DNA of 64,000 bases from an uncultured virus (IMG/VR IMGVR_UViG_3300020603_000009) (Duplodnaviria > Heunggongvirae > Uroviricota > Caudoviricetes). The translations under genes were made by a program, and so were the position numbers. The notes under the pieces were generated by a model. The model did no database searches and was not told the DNA's origin. It saw only the letters and a list, made by a program, of their open reading frames with translations. Positions 44,929 to 55,351 of this stretch are shown piece after piece. The stretch is taken from IMG/VR virus record IMGVR_UViG_3300020603_000009, one strand, 5' to 3'. Every line of letters begins with the position of its first letter. Positions within the stretch are counted from its first letter, which is position 1.

Positions 44929-47900
44929 GTAATATTACTTCCTGATTTATTTATATATTCTATTTCAACATCAACTCTCGCTGTTTCAACAAGCGAGCAA
45001 TAATCATAAGGCCAATTAAAGCTATATGGCGATGGTGGCTTACCAGCTTGAATAGATGGGAACAATCCATCGTCAGTTGAATCAGCTGTCATCTTATAAT
45101 AATTAATCTCTGCTCGTTTCTTTGCCTTAAAGATCAAGAACTTAACATCTTTCGGTAAGCCTTGACCGTGGAAGAAATCAAATATAGAATTCTTATGAGA
45201 AATAACTTGCTGTTCTCTTTCGGCTCTTGTAGCAATTTTAGGCATTACACCCTGCCAGATATCAGCTAAATCTTGTTTATCAAGAGTGCTTGTAAATTCA
45301 GAAATATACATAACAAACGGTTTGATATCTGGATTTATTAAGAAATCAAAATTTGGTGGAAGCACATATTTGCTCATCAATTTTATCATTCTACTGATGC
45401 TTGTTTCTACTACATTTCCTTCCAGATCTAAGAAGAATTTTTTATCTACAGCTGGTTTGTTTGATGAAACATTTTGTTTTTGGTGATTAAACATAGTGCG
45501 ATCAATCGTGAAGAAGTTGTGTCCTTCTATTGAAACAGTGCCATTTCCAAATAGCGATTGAGGATCTTCACCTCTATAATATATTATATTTTGATCGTCT
45601 CTGCTATTATCTAAATATGGAATTATAACAATTGCTTCTGATATTTCTCTTGAATCGGCAAGTTCACCAATCTTCTTTGAAAGCTCAGAATTAACTTGTT
45701 GGAAACCGCAAGCTTGTAATAACGAAGCGGTATTTGTTTGGGTGAATGTTTTTGTTGCTGGATTGTATTTTCCAATTAATTCCGATGGATAACTTTCTCT
45801 TAACTCAACAAAAATACCTTTATCTCCAGTTGGTATTTCTCCATATCCGCTCCACATTCCTCTTCCAAAACCGGAAGCTGTTGGAGGAGTGTGATAAGAA
45901 TGTAGTGCTTTTAATTGTTGATCGGCATATGATTGTGTTAAAATATTTGATGAAGTAATAAATTCTTGATTACTAAAATCTAACACAGGGACTTCCATCT
46001 TTGGAGATATAACCCACTTTTTTATATTTGTTGCGTTTGTTGCTGTTCCTATTCCCGAAGCTAATATATTATTTGTTAAATTCCCAATAATATTATTTAC
46101 CGATGCTAGATCGATTGTTTGCTGTCTTTCTTCAATCTGTCCTTTTAATTTTACAGACGATTCAACAGGCATTACGAAAGAGGAATATAAGCTACCAGAA
46201 GTATAGACTGTATCATCTATAAATCCAGTATTTATACTTTCTATTTGTAGTTCTTGAAATATTTCATTTAAAGTGTATCTACCAGTTGTATTAGGTTTAA
46301 AAGACAATCTGGCTATAGCATCCCCATAATAATATGGTGGAGTATAAGCACAATACGCCGGATCTCTTAGGGTTTCGGCCAGTAATAAACCATTTTGTAT
46401 TCTATCGAAATCACCAGATGAACCTGTCCAGAATGATGGACCAAAATATCTACCACTCATTTTTCCAAAATTATAAGCAAGAGAAGAAGAATGAGCTTCA
46501 CATATAACTATATCTTTTTTTCTTAAAACAATATTCATGTAATATGTTTTTGTTGAATCAAATTCAGCAAAATCTGTCTCTGGTTTTGATATAAAAGAAT
46601 TTAATTTTGAATCCTTTAAGAAAAAATTTATCGTTTCAGCTAAGAAGTTATTAATACTTAAAGAATATAACTTAGAACCTTCTCCAATTCTTTCAAAAAA
46701 TCCTTGGAAAGAATATTCATCACCGGTTAAATAATCAAGAGCAGAATAAGAGCTATCTATTTCTTTAAGTTTCATTATTCTATTTGCTTCGCTTTGAACA
46801 GAAGACGATATAGGTATATTTTTTAAATCCAATAAAGATTCAAAATTTATTTTATAATTTGGAGTTTTTTGTAGGCCAACAAATAAACCGCCACCATCTT
46901 GTGTTGGCAAACTTCCCGTATATACCGACCAATCTACTGCTATTCCAGATTTAATTAAATTGTAAAATATACCAGGTGAATATAGAGGTTCCAAAAAAGA
47001 TGATTGTCTATAATATTCTATTAATGGATCGCTATCATCATAGATAATTGTATCACCAGCAGATCTCCTAAGAAGCAAACCGCCTCTCATAACATTAGTA
47101 TCTAAATAAGACTGCTTTAAATAATTAATAAGTTGTATACTTCTATCTTGTGGATAAAACCCATTATAAGGAAGCAATTTCTTGATTCCACTAACAGCTA
47201 TACTTATAATATTTTGTTCGCAAAAATTACTATTTTGTTGTTCTAACAAGTCTCTATAATTAAAGTTTTCTGTTTTTTCATAATTATTCAATGCTATCTT
47301 TTTAGGATCTCCACCATATTCACCAATTAATTTATCGATATTATCAGAAATTTTAAATTCAGATATTTTTGAATAAGCTTTCAAATTATCGTTTGATAAT
47401 GTTTTTATATCTACATAATAATCTTCATAAGAATCATGCCAAGGTTTTTTACCGGATATTAATTCAGTTATCCTTGTTAATCCAAGATCGTGTGTAAAAT
47501 TATTATAAATTGATTGTGGTAAAACAGGGTTAGATAAACTTGAGGTTACAATCCAGCAAGAATGTTCAAATATAAATGATGGACAATAACGCAAAGAAGA
47601 AGGATCTGTTGTGCTTACATCTGGATATTCTACTTTGTTTAATATTACATTATAGCTTTCTCTGCTTGGATCTCCACTTCCTTTGAAAAAATATATTTCT
47701 GGATTTTGAGATACAGAAGCTAATTTAAATCTATATGAAGGACTTGGATTGAGTACATATCTTGATTCTATAAAGTTTAAATTTTGATTTAATTCGGAGC
47801 AATTATAATAAGATGTATCTAAAAAGCTTCTTTTAATGTTTGCGTTATTATCTTTAATATATTCAACATTTTTTGATTCGCTTATAAATTCAAGAGCTGC

Positions 47901-50900
47901 CACACTTGGAGTCTGAAATGGCAAATCTAAATATATAGAATCAAAAGTATTTCCAATAGAATTAATATAAGAATTTCGAGTTCTCATGCGGTCTTCTTGA
48001 TTATCTCTCCAGAATACTCGTTGAGTTCCTAGTTGCCTATCATATCCATCTAATCCATATCCCGGTTCGTCAGTTATATAATCTGTTCGCTGACGAACAT
48101 CTTTTAATAATGCTTGGCCTGATTTTGGAAATACTGTTTCGCTATATGTATATCCAACCAATCTTTCTATTGGATTTTCATTTTCATCTGTATTTCCATT
48201 ATAATAATCTAATAAAGTATCATAAATCTGTCGTTCTTTTTTACCCAAACCAAGTGTATCATTTAATTGTTTGTTGGCAAAATATTGTAAATTATTTCCA
48301 TATGTATGCGTCAATTCAAAACCAACATTTTGATCCGTTGAATCTTTTAGAATAAATTTATGCTTTAATGGTTTGTTGTTTATATAAACAGGACTTTCTT
48401 TGATATTTAAAATTGTCCCTTGTTTTTTTGAACCTGGAAGAGTAAATCTTACTTGAGTTCCATTAATATTTCTGTATACATCTAGTTGTCCTTCTGGGAC
48501 AACAACCGAAATAATATTTGTATTTTCAGTAGTTAATTTTCTTGTTATTGGATGTTCAGCATTTCTTATTGATTTCCAGCTTGCGCCTTGATATGGGCCG
48601 TTGAAATAAGTTGAATAACTTATTAGACCAGTATTCTGTGGTTGTAGATTTACGGAAGCAGTAAAATTAACAAGTGTTCCATTAGTATTTCCTAATTCAT
48701 CTAATAAGGTTGTAGTATTTTCTTCTACTCTTGTTGAATAAATATGTATTGGCGTGGGAATATTTGGATTATCTAATTTGTGTTGTAAATATTTTTTTGG
48801 TTCTTTTCCAAAACTTGATTTACTAATCCTATAAACATCATTGATCTGTTCTTCTGTTAAAACTGAGTTCCATAACATTATATCTTGTAAATTATAATTG
48901 CTTCTTCCAAGGTTTACTTTATCTCTTGAAGATAAAAACAGTCCAGAAATATCTAATTTTTTATATAATTGTGTTGCTTGTGTTGCTAGTCCGCCGTCAA
49001 CATATATTTTAGTTATTGTTGTATTTACCGCAACATCTCGATCAATAGATTGTAATCTTCTAATTCGTGAATTCAAATCGCTGACAAGAGTAATTAAATG
49101 CCAATCTCCATCATTAATATTTGGAAGTGATTTTATTGTAGTTTTAACATCGGTTCCACTTATATATAAATTTGAACCAGATGGAGTTATATTTAATAAT
49201 AAATTATTATCTGATGATGAGCCGCTATATTGTAATAGTGGAAGTGGCTGATTGACGATGTTAAATTGATATATTCTACGATCATCTTCGCCAACATAAT
49301 ATAGTTTTTGTCCAAATTCATTTATATAGATACCACGAGATAAGAGACTATATACACTTAAATCCAAACTATACTGCTCAATAGCAACTAATCCGGAACT
49401 CAAATTCCATGGTTCGTTAAATGTGTAATATTTTAACTCGTCAGGGCTGCTATCAACTATAATTAATCTTTTGCCATTTTTTGATATATTTACACTTCTT
49501 GGAGATGCAACAGCTGTTAGTAAAGTTGAAACAACAGAGCTTGTGGTGGTCAAATCCCACGGAATAGACAAAGTCTTTTCATATAAAGTATCAGTATTTG
49601 TTCCGGCTAGATATATTTTAGTTCCATCTGGCTTAAAGAAAATTGATGTAGGATTAAATTCTTCAGAAACTGGATATTGAATAGCGCTTCCAGTAGTATT
49701 AATGCTCCATGGAGTTGATAACGTAAATTGTATTAATTTTCCCCCATTTGCAGTTATATAAAGCTTTGTTCCATCTGGTTTTATATACATACCTCTTGGA
49801 TTAACGGTGCTGCCATTAATAGGAGATATAGAAGCTGTATTTGTTGTTATGAAAGTGGGTGCATCAGATAAATCCCATCTTGTTGGTAAATCAAATTCAA
49901 ACACTTTCCTATTAGTAGCCCCTAAAACATATAATTTACTACCATCTGGTTTAAAAAATATTGCTTGTGGGGATGAATCTATAGAACCAACACCAAAACT
50001 ATCTGATAAAGAAGAAACAAATTCATTTAAATTATAAACTACATCTTGAACGGATTTCATCCAAAAAGATATTGTGAAATCTTTTTCACTTATTTCTCGA
50101 GAAACAGAGCTTAAATCAACATAAGTATTTGTTTCATCAAATTCAAAATATTTCTTATCCCTATACATCGTATTTGTATAGGTGCTTACAAACATTTCAT
50201 TTTTATCAATGGCACCACTTATACCAAGATGATCTCCAAATGGACCGGTTAGTTCAAAAGATAAATCACTAAAAGCACCATTAGAATTATATAAACTTGA
50301 TGTAGAATAGGGAAGATTATAACTTTGATATTCTATTGGTTGTTGACTTGAACTTACAGAATCAGCAATCCACTTATATCTTAAGTCTGTTCTTGGAATT
50401 GCGTGTTGAACCCAGAAGTTATCATATTTAGAACCAGTAAAATAAGAAGAGCCTGTTATAGAAACTTTTTGTAATGTATTTCTATTAATGCCGTGTATTG
50501 TTGTCGCGTTTACTGAACCAGTATCTGGCAATAATTTATAAGTGCTGCCAGAATTAAATTGAGCTGAATGTTGTGTTAATTGATTATAATATGGTTGTCT
50601 AACTTTTATATTTCTTGTTGTTAAAGAATTGTTTGGAGCATATTCTTCACCTTCTCTGTCAAGTGCTCCTCTTGAAATTTCTTCTTTTCCACCAGGAGCG
50701 CTAAATCTTTCAACAAATATAGATTTGCTATTATTTATTATGTTCGGAAGGGAGTAGTCATAAAATATAGAACCACCACTAAATATTAGTGATGAAAAAG
50801 CTGAAATGCCAGCTAATGATAGCCCCACAAAACTAGCGGTAATTTTAGGCACACCAGAAACCCAATTGCTGGTATTATTTATAATAGACACTAATTGACT

Positions 50901-51650
50901 AGCTGTTTCTACTTGTCCAAATCCAGAACCTGTTTTACTTGAATTGATTGTTATATTTTTACCAGATTCTACTATGTTTGTAGTTGGCTGGCCGTACACT
51001 AAGCTTAAATTTATGCCATATCCTGAATCAACTAAATTATTATTTTTTATAATTTTTGCCGTAAAATAAACGGTGTAAAAACCTGCACCTGTTGTGCCTA
51101 TAGAAGCACTAGCTGGTGTTATTATTTTATTAGAGAGCAAAAATTGACTTGTTAAATTACCACTTGCTATAAAATTATCATTAACAAGATTATTACTAGT
51201 TCTGCGACCAACGCTTTGAACAACTTGATAATTATGTTCGAAATTACCGGCAATATTCCCACTAGTCTCTATGTTTTTTATGTTAACTGGCGATTTGGCA
51301 GTTGTATCTCTTGTCAATAAACTTCTTGGCTTGTTTATACCTTTTATATCTGGACCGTATACTTTTACAGAACCAACAGAAGCAGAAATTATATAACCTT
51401 CTGGTCTATTATCAGAATTATCATTTCCATCATTTAATTTAACATGACGGTGTTGATTTCCGCCAACATGTTGATTTGTAAATGGACCTTGTAGTGGAGA
51501 ATTTTCTATGCCACCATATTCATCTTTATGATGGTTGACTATATCAATATTATAACCAACACTAGAAGTTAATTGTGCTGCGTATCCAGTATTTACTGAA
51601 GAACTTACAACAGTAAACGGGAGTTTACCTCTTGTGTTAATGTCAGTCAT
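44925..51650 (-). CDS. Giant baseplate/virion protein with LamG and beta-propeller inserts
   Basis: 2241 aa; FTISFWMK...DGDWHLITLV...LWNSVLTEEQI LamG strands and five PxxxxxxPDGxKLY-type repeats. Confidence 0.7.
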   Translation of the reverse strand: MTDINTRGKLPFTVVSSSVNTGYAAQLTSSVGYNIDIVNHHKDEYGGIENSPLQGPFTNQHVGGNQHRHVKLNDGNDNSDNRPEGYIISASVGSVKVYGPDIKGINKPRSLLTRDTTAKSPVNIKNIETSGNIAGNFEHNYQVVQSVGRRTSNNLVNDNFIASGNLTSQFLLSNKIITPASASIGTTGAGFYTVYFTAKIIKNNNLVDSGYGINLSLVYGQPTTNIVESGKNITINSSKTGSGFGQVETASQLVSIINNTSNWVSGVPKITASFVGLSLAGISAFSSLIFSGGSIFYDYSLPNIINNSKSIFVERFSAPGGKEEISRGALDREGEEYAPNNSLTTRNIKVRQPYYNQLTQHSAQFNSGSTYKLLPDTGSVNATTIHGINRNTLQKVSITGSSYFTGSKYDNFWVQHAIPRTDLRYKWIADSVSSSQQPIEYQSYNLPYSTSSLYNSNGAFSDLSFELTGPFGDHLGISGAIDKNEMFVSTYTNTMYRDKKYFEFDETNTYVDLSSVSREISEKDFTISFWMKSVQDVVYNLNEFVSSLSDSFGVGSIDSSPQAIFFKPDGSKLYVLGATNRKVFEFDLPTRWDLSDAPTFITTNTASISPINGSTVNPRGMYIKPDGTKLYITANGGKLIQFTLSTPWSINTTGSAIQYPVSEEFNPTSIFFKPDGTKIYLAGTNTDTLYEKTLSIPWDLTTTSSVVSTLLTAVASPRSVNISKNGKRLIIVDSSPDELKYYTFNEPWNLSSGLVAIEQYSLDLSVYSLLSRGIYINEFGQKLYYVGEDDRRIYQFNIVNQPLPLLQYSGSSSDNNLLLNITPSGSNLYISGTDVKTTIKSLPNINDGDWHLITLVSDLNSRIRRLQSIDRDVAVNTTITKIYVDGGLATQATQLYKKLDISGLFLSSRDKVNLGRSNYNLQDIMLWNSVLTEEQINDVYRISKSSFGKEPKKYLQHKLDNPNIPTPIHIYSTRVEENTTTLLDELGNTNGTLVNFTASVNLQPQNTGLISYSTYFNGPYQGASWKSIRNAEHPITRKLTTENTNIISVVVPEGQLDVYRNINGTQVRFTLPGSKKQGTILNIKESPVYINNKPLKHKFILKDSTDQNVGFELTHTYGNNLQYFANKQLNDTLGLGKKERQIYDTLLDYYNGNTDENENPIERLVGYTYSETVFPKSGQALLKDVRQRTDYITDEPGYGLDGYDRQLGTQRVFWRDNQEDRMRTRNSYINSIGNTFDSIYLDLPFQTPSVAALEFISESKNVEYIKDNNANIKRSFLDTSYYNCSELNQNLNFIESRYVLNPSPSYRFKLASVSQNPEIYFFKGSGDPSRESYNVILNKVEYPDVSTTDPSSLRYCPSFIFEHSCWIVTSSLSNPVLPQSIYNNFTHDLGLTRITELISGKKPWHDSYEDYYVDIKTLSNDNLKAYSKISEFKISDNIDKLIGEYGGDPKKIALNNYEKTENFNYRDLLEQQNSNFCEQNIISIAVSGIKKLLPYNGFYPQDRSIQLINYLKQSYLDTNVMRGGLLLRRSAGDTIIYDDSDPLIEYYRQSSFLEPLYSPGIFYNLIKSGIAVDWSVYTGSLPTQDGGGLFVGLQKTPNYKINFESLLDLKNIPISSSVQSEANRIMKLKEIDSSYSALDYLTGDEYSFQGFFERIGEGSKLYSLSINNFLAETINFFLKDSKLNSFISKPETDFAEFDSTKTYYMNIVLRKKDIVICEAHSSSLAYNFGKMSGRYFGPSFWTGSSGDFDRIQNGLLLAETLRDPAYCAYTPPYYYGDAIARLSFKPNTTGRYTLNEIFQELQIESINTGFIDDTVYTSGSLYSSFVMPVESSVKLKGQIEERQQTIDLASVNNIIGNLTNNILASGIGTATNATNIKKWVISPKMEVPVLDFSNQEFITSSNILTQSYADQQLKALHSYHTPPTASGFGRGMWSGYGEIPTGDKGIFVELRESYPSELIGKYNPATKTFTQTNTASLLQACGFQQVNSELSKKIGELADSREISEAIVIIPYLDNSRDDQNIIYYRGEDPQSLFGNGTVSIEGHNFFTIDRTMFNHQKQNVSSNKPAVDKKFFLDLEGNVVETSISRMIKLMSKYVLPPNFDFLINPDIKPFVMYISEFTSTLDKQDLADIWQGVMPKIATRAEREQQVISHKNSIFDFFHGQGLPKDVKFLIFKAKKRAEINYYKMTADSTDDGLFPSIQAGKPPSPYSFNWPYDYCSLVETARVDVEIEYINKSGSNIT

Positions 51651-51664
51651 TATTTACTCCTAAC

Positions 51665-54600
51665 CTATTCGTCCGTACAATCTTTTTTCTCAATAATTTT
51701 AAGTACATCAATCTCTAAATATCCGCCCGAACCAATTTTTGTTATAGGTTTTATAACATCTGTGTTCGATGGATTTTTATTTACATATATTTGTATATCT
51801 GTACCAAAATCTGCCACTCTTGTAAACTTCTTTTTATATTCCGTAGATAATACTTGAAATATTCCATTTAGTTCACTACTTCTTTCACTTCTTTCTTTCC
51901 ACCAAATACAATTTGTATTTTCTGTAAGTGGTATTGGAGCATGACCGTATTTCCAGTTATATTTTAATTCTCCAATTGTTTTAACAGAACTTATTGGTGG
52001 CTCTGCTCCAAGTTCAATTGAAGGCAATTTCCACATGTATTTGTTTCTTTCTAATACATGACTTTCAACAACATCTGAAATATCTGGCGAGAAATCAGCA
52101 CTTGCCGGAATCAACTGATAAGTCATTTTGGTTATGGCGCTGTCTATCCATTTAAAATAATCAACATATTTTTCTAGGTCTGGGGTATTTGATATTCTTT
52201 CGAAAAACATTTGTCTTAATTTAATCAATTCTCGATATTCTCTTTCGTATCGATATTGTGGCTTACCAATAATATTATTAAATTCGGTTATTGTTCCAAA
52301 GAATTTTATCATTTCTTCGGAAATTGTTTGATACATACTCTTTTCAAGAGCAAAATAATAATTTACCGGTCTTGATTCTCGCGTAAATATTTCATCGTCT
52401 TGATTTAATATATTTATTAAATCAGAATTCATCATATTTTCTGGTAATCTATGTTTCGCAATAGAAATATAACCACTTTCTACCATATCATTATTATTTC
52501 TAAAAAAGAAATCACCAACACCGGTATAAGTTTTATTTGCTATTTGCCCGATTAATCCATAGTTGTTTGTCAAAGAACCGCTAGATACATCTAAAACTGT
52601 AAATTTGGCGTCAAATGAATTTGTTGGACCTACTCCAGTTCCATTATCAGAGCCACTTACAAGATTAAAATCCCAATGTAAAGCAAGGGTTTTATGTTGT
52701 GGTAGTTCATTTAAACCGCCGCTGTAAAGAGTTTCTATATTTGATATTGGAGAACTTTGTCCGAATATTAACGGATCTTTCGCATGCTGTTTTATAATGT
52801 CGTTTTCAAGATAAGAAAGCCAATATCTAACACTTGATAGTTTTATATCGCTATTTTGTAATATAGAACCGGTAAAGTTTTGTCGATGACTACCAGCATA
52901 TATTCTTTTTGAATCAGCAAAATAATTTTCTGCTATTGCTTCTGGTACTGAAGCTGTTAAATATATTTCTTGTTGTATGAAGTCTTGAATTGTGTTTATA
53001 GCATAAAATTCAAATATATAATCTCCAACATCGGCACCAATAACCTTTAAGCTGTTTGGATATTTTTCATGCTTTAATTTAACAGCAATATTCCATTTTT
53101 GATTTGTATATAAATCTTTTATAAAAGATGAAGTTAAATTAATTCCCAAGTAAGAAGATGTTAATTGGAAATAGCCATCACTTGAATCCATATCTGGCTT
53201 AATAATATAAATTTGTAAACTCGATAAGTCTGAGCCGTTCCAAGTTGTATCGCCGGGAGAAGATGGATTCGCAGAGTGAACACCAAGAACAGAAGAAGTT
53301 AAAAAGTTTTTTGGAAAATAAAATTTTTCAGATGGAGAAAAATTTAGTGGCACAACTATTTCTGCTTCTAATGTTGAGCCATAATATGATAATTGTGAGT
53401 CTCCAAGTATAAACGAAGTTGAATTAGCATCAACACTTGATGTCATCTGATAGATGGTGCCTTGAACTCTGTCTTGATCGTTAAAATTTATAAGTTTTTT
53501 CTTATAATATGTGTTTAAAAATCTATCATCAAAAGTATAAACAGAATCATTCGAATATATATTAAGTTTTATTAATTCTTCATCAACACCAAAACACCTC
53601 AATAAATTTCTTATTGATTTTTCTGTTCCTTTTGATTTTTGAATATAAGATAGATTGTTATAAATGTTTTGATATATATGATTTTTTATATTAAACAATC
53701 TTTCTTCATACAAAACATTTTCATTTCTATTGCCAAGATTTTCTAATATACTTGAATTTGTAAACAAATCTTGTGTCATGAAACCCATAGATTCAAGAAG
53801 TTTCATCGCATATGGAAAAGCTCTTCCATTTCTATAAGATACTTTTTTTATTGAGGGCAGATATTTTATTTTAATAAACAATTCATCAAAATATGAGCCA
53901 ATTATTTGAGTTAATTCATATAATTTATTACTATCATTTTTTTGATCGTCTTCAACTATCCAAGCCGGGACAGTATAATAAATCATAGAACTATTGTTAT
54001 TATCGTGTAATGTTCCCAGTTCTTGTTTTTCTATCAATAATGATTGAACATCCGGATGAGTTAGATAGATAACTGGATCTTTAAATTCTTTTGGTGCAGC
54101 AGAAGATTCGACAATTGCCGAATTTGTTGAACGACTTCCAGAAATATATCCAGTCCAAAATCCATTAGAAAATCTACCAGAATAATCTAAAATTTTATTG
54201 TCGTATCTTGTATCTGTTGAGGTTGTATCGTAAATTCCTTCATTAAATTTATAATATACACCAAGATCAGTATTGGCTGTGTCTGTATTTGTTCCACCAT
54301 TAACATCGGTAAACCAGAAACGAGAAATTTCTTTCTCTGTTCTTTTTGATTTCCAATATCTAAACTCATCTAACGAACCAGATAGTTTACCATAACCTAA
54401 GTCAGCATTTCCACCACTGACAGCAGTTCCAAGAGATCCTATATAACCAAGCATTGGACCATATACCCTTGATATTGAACTACCTGTTATAACTTTTTCA
54501 TTCAATATTCCGTCTAAGAAAAGCTTAAACTCTATATTACTTCCACTATTTATTGCTGACAAAGAATAATGGTGCCAACTACCACTACAAATATTTAAAT

Positions 54601-55351
54601 TTTGTCCTATAGGAAATTGTGAAATTCCATCAGAACCAGAAGACATTTCGATAAAAAATTCGTTTTCTTCGCCACTTATTCCTGGATGTATTTCTAATCT
54701 AAATCTTCCATAATCACTTCCAAAACTACTGCTATTCCAAAGATCAAATACAACTTGTTTAGAACTACCACTAAGATTATTTTTCTTTAACCAAAATTCA
54801 ACAGTTATTCCGTTGTCTCCGTCTAAAAGTAAATTACTTTCTCTATTTTCATTTGCGTCTAAAATATTAGATGTTCCAAATAACTTGGAAACTTTAAATG
54901 AATCTAAATTTTGTGCTGTATTTGGACCACCTTTTATTGATATATATTCTTTATTGGCTGGATTAGAATAATTGTCTGTTGATACTGATGATGTTGCTCC
55001 GTAAACAAATCCAAGATTTATATAGCCATTATTTCTTGGATATTCATTATCGAAAATATAATTTTGTAAATCAGAAGAGTTTTTTACCCATTTTAATTTT
55101 TCTGCCGAACTTCCATCATAGGGATATTTCTTGGCTATCGATTCTATGGCATCTGTATAATATTTGTTTGCTGAACCGAAAAAAGCAAAATTTTTAGGAT
55201 CAGTATAATCGATTTCGGGTTTTATTAATTTTCGTTCTTCTAATTCTTGAACAATATATTCAGTCGACTCTACATCTTTAGATAAATCTTCAAAATTAGT
55301 AGAAGTTAGAATTTTTGTTGATTTCTTGCCGAATAAATCTTTTAAAGACAT
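51665..55351 (-). CDS. Baseplate wedge-like protein with a LamG domain
   Basis: ITVEFWLK...WHHYSL...LDEFRYW LamG; IYNNLSYIQKSKGTEKSIRNLLRCFG is typical of wedge (P2 gpI/T4 gp7-like) subunits. Confidence 0.65.
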   Translation of the reverse strand: MSLKDLFGKKSTKILTSTNFEDLSKDVESTEYIVQELEERKLIKPEIDYTDPKNFAFFGSANKYYTDAIESIAKKYPYDGSSAEKLKWVKNSSDLQNYIFDNEYPRNNGYINLGFVYGATSSVSTDNYSNPANKEYISIKGGPNTAQNLDSFKVSKLFGTSNILDANENRESNLLLDGDNGITVEFWLKKNNLSGSSKQVVFDLWNSSSFGSDYGRFRLEIHPGISGEENEFFIEMSSGSDGISQFPIGQNLNICSGSWHHYSLSAINSGSNIEFKLFLDGILNEKVITGSSISRVYGPMLGYIGSLGTAVSGGNADLGYGKLSGSLDEFRYWKSKRTEKEISRFWFTDVNGGTNTDTANTDLGVYYKFNEGIYDTTSTDTRYDNKILDYSGRFSNGFWTGYISGSRSTNSAIVESSAAPKEFKDPVIYLTHPDVQSLLIEKQELGTLHDNNNSSMIYYTVPAWIVEDDQKNDSNKLYELTQIIGSYFDELFIKIKYLPSIKKVSYRNGRAFPYAMKLLESMGFMTQDLFTNSSILENLGNRNENVLYEERLFNIKNHIYQNIYNNLSYIQKSKGTEKSIRNLLRCFGVDEELIKLNIYSNDSVYTFDDRFLNTYYKKKLINFNDQDRVQGTIYQMTSSVDANSTSFILGDSQLSYYGSTLEAEIVVPLNFSPSEKFYFPKNFLTSSVLGVHSANPSSPGDTTWNGSDLSSLQIYIIKPDMDSSDGYFQLTSSYLGINLTSSFIKDLYTNQKWNIAVKLKHEKYPNSLKVIGADVGDYIFEFYAINTIQDFIQQEIYLTASVPEAIAENYFADSKRIYAGSHRQNFTGSILQNSDIKLSSVRYWLSYLENDIIKQHAKDPLIFGQSSPISNIETLYSGGLNELPQHKTLALHWDFNLVSGSDNGTGVGPTNSFDAKFTVLDVSSGSLTNNYGLIGQIANKTYTGVGDFFFRNNNDMVESGYISIAKHRLPENMMNSDLINILNQDDEIFTRESRPVNYYFALEKSMYQTISEEMIKFFGTITEFNNIIGKPQYRYEREYRELIKLRQMFFERISNTPDLEKYVDYFKWIDSAITKMTYQLIPASADFSPDISDVVESHVLERNKYMWKLPSIELGAEPPISSVKTIGELKYNWKYGHAPIPLTENTNCIWWKERSERSSELNGIFQVLSTEYKKKFTRVADFGTDIQIYVNKNPSNTDVIKPITKIGSGGYLEIDVLKIIEKKDCTDE

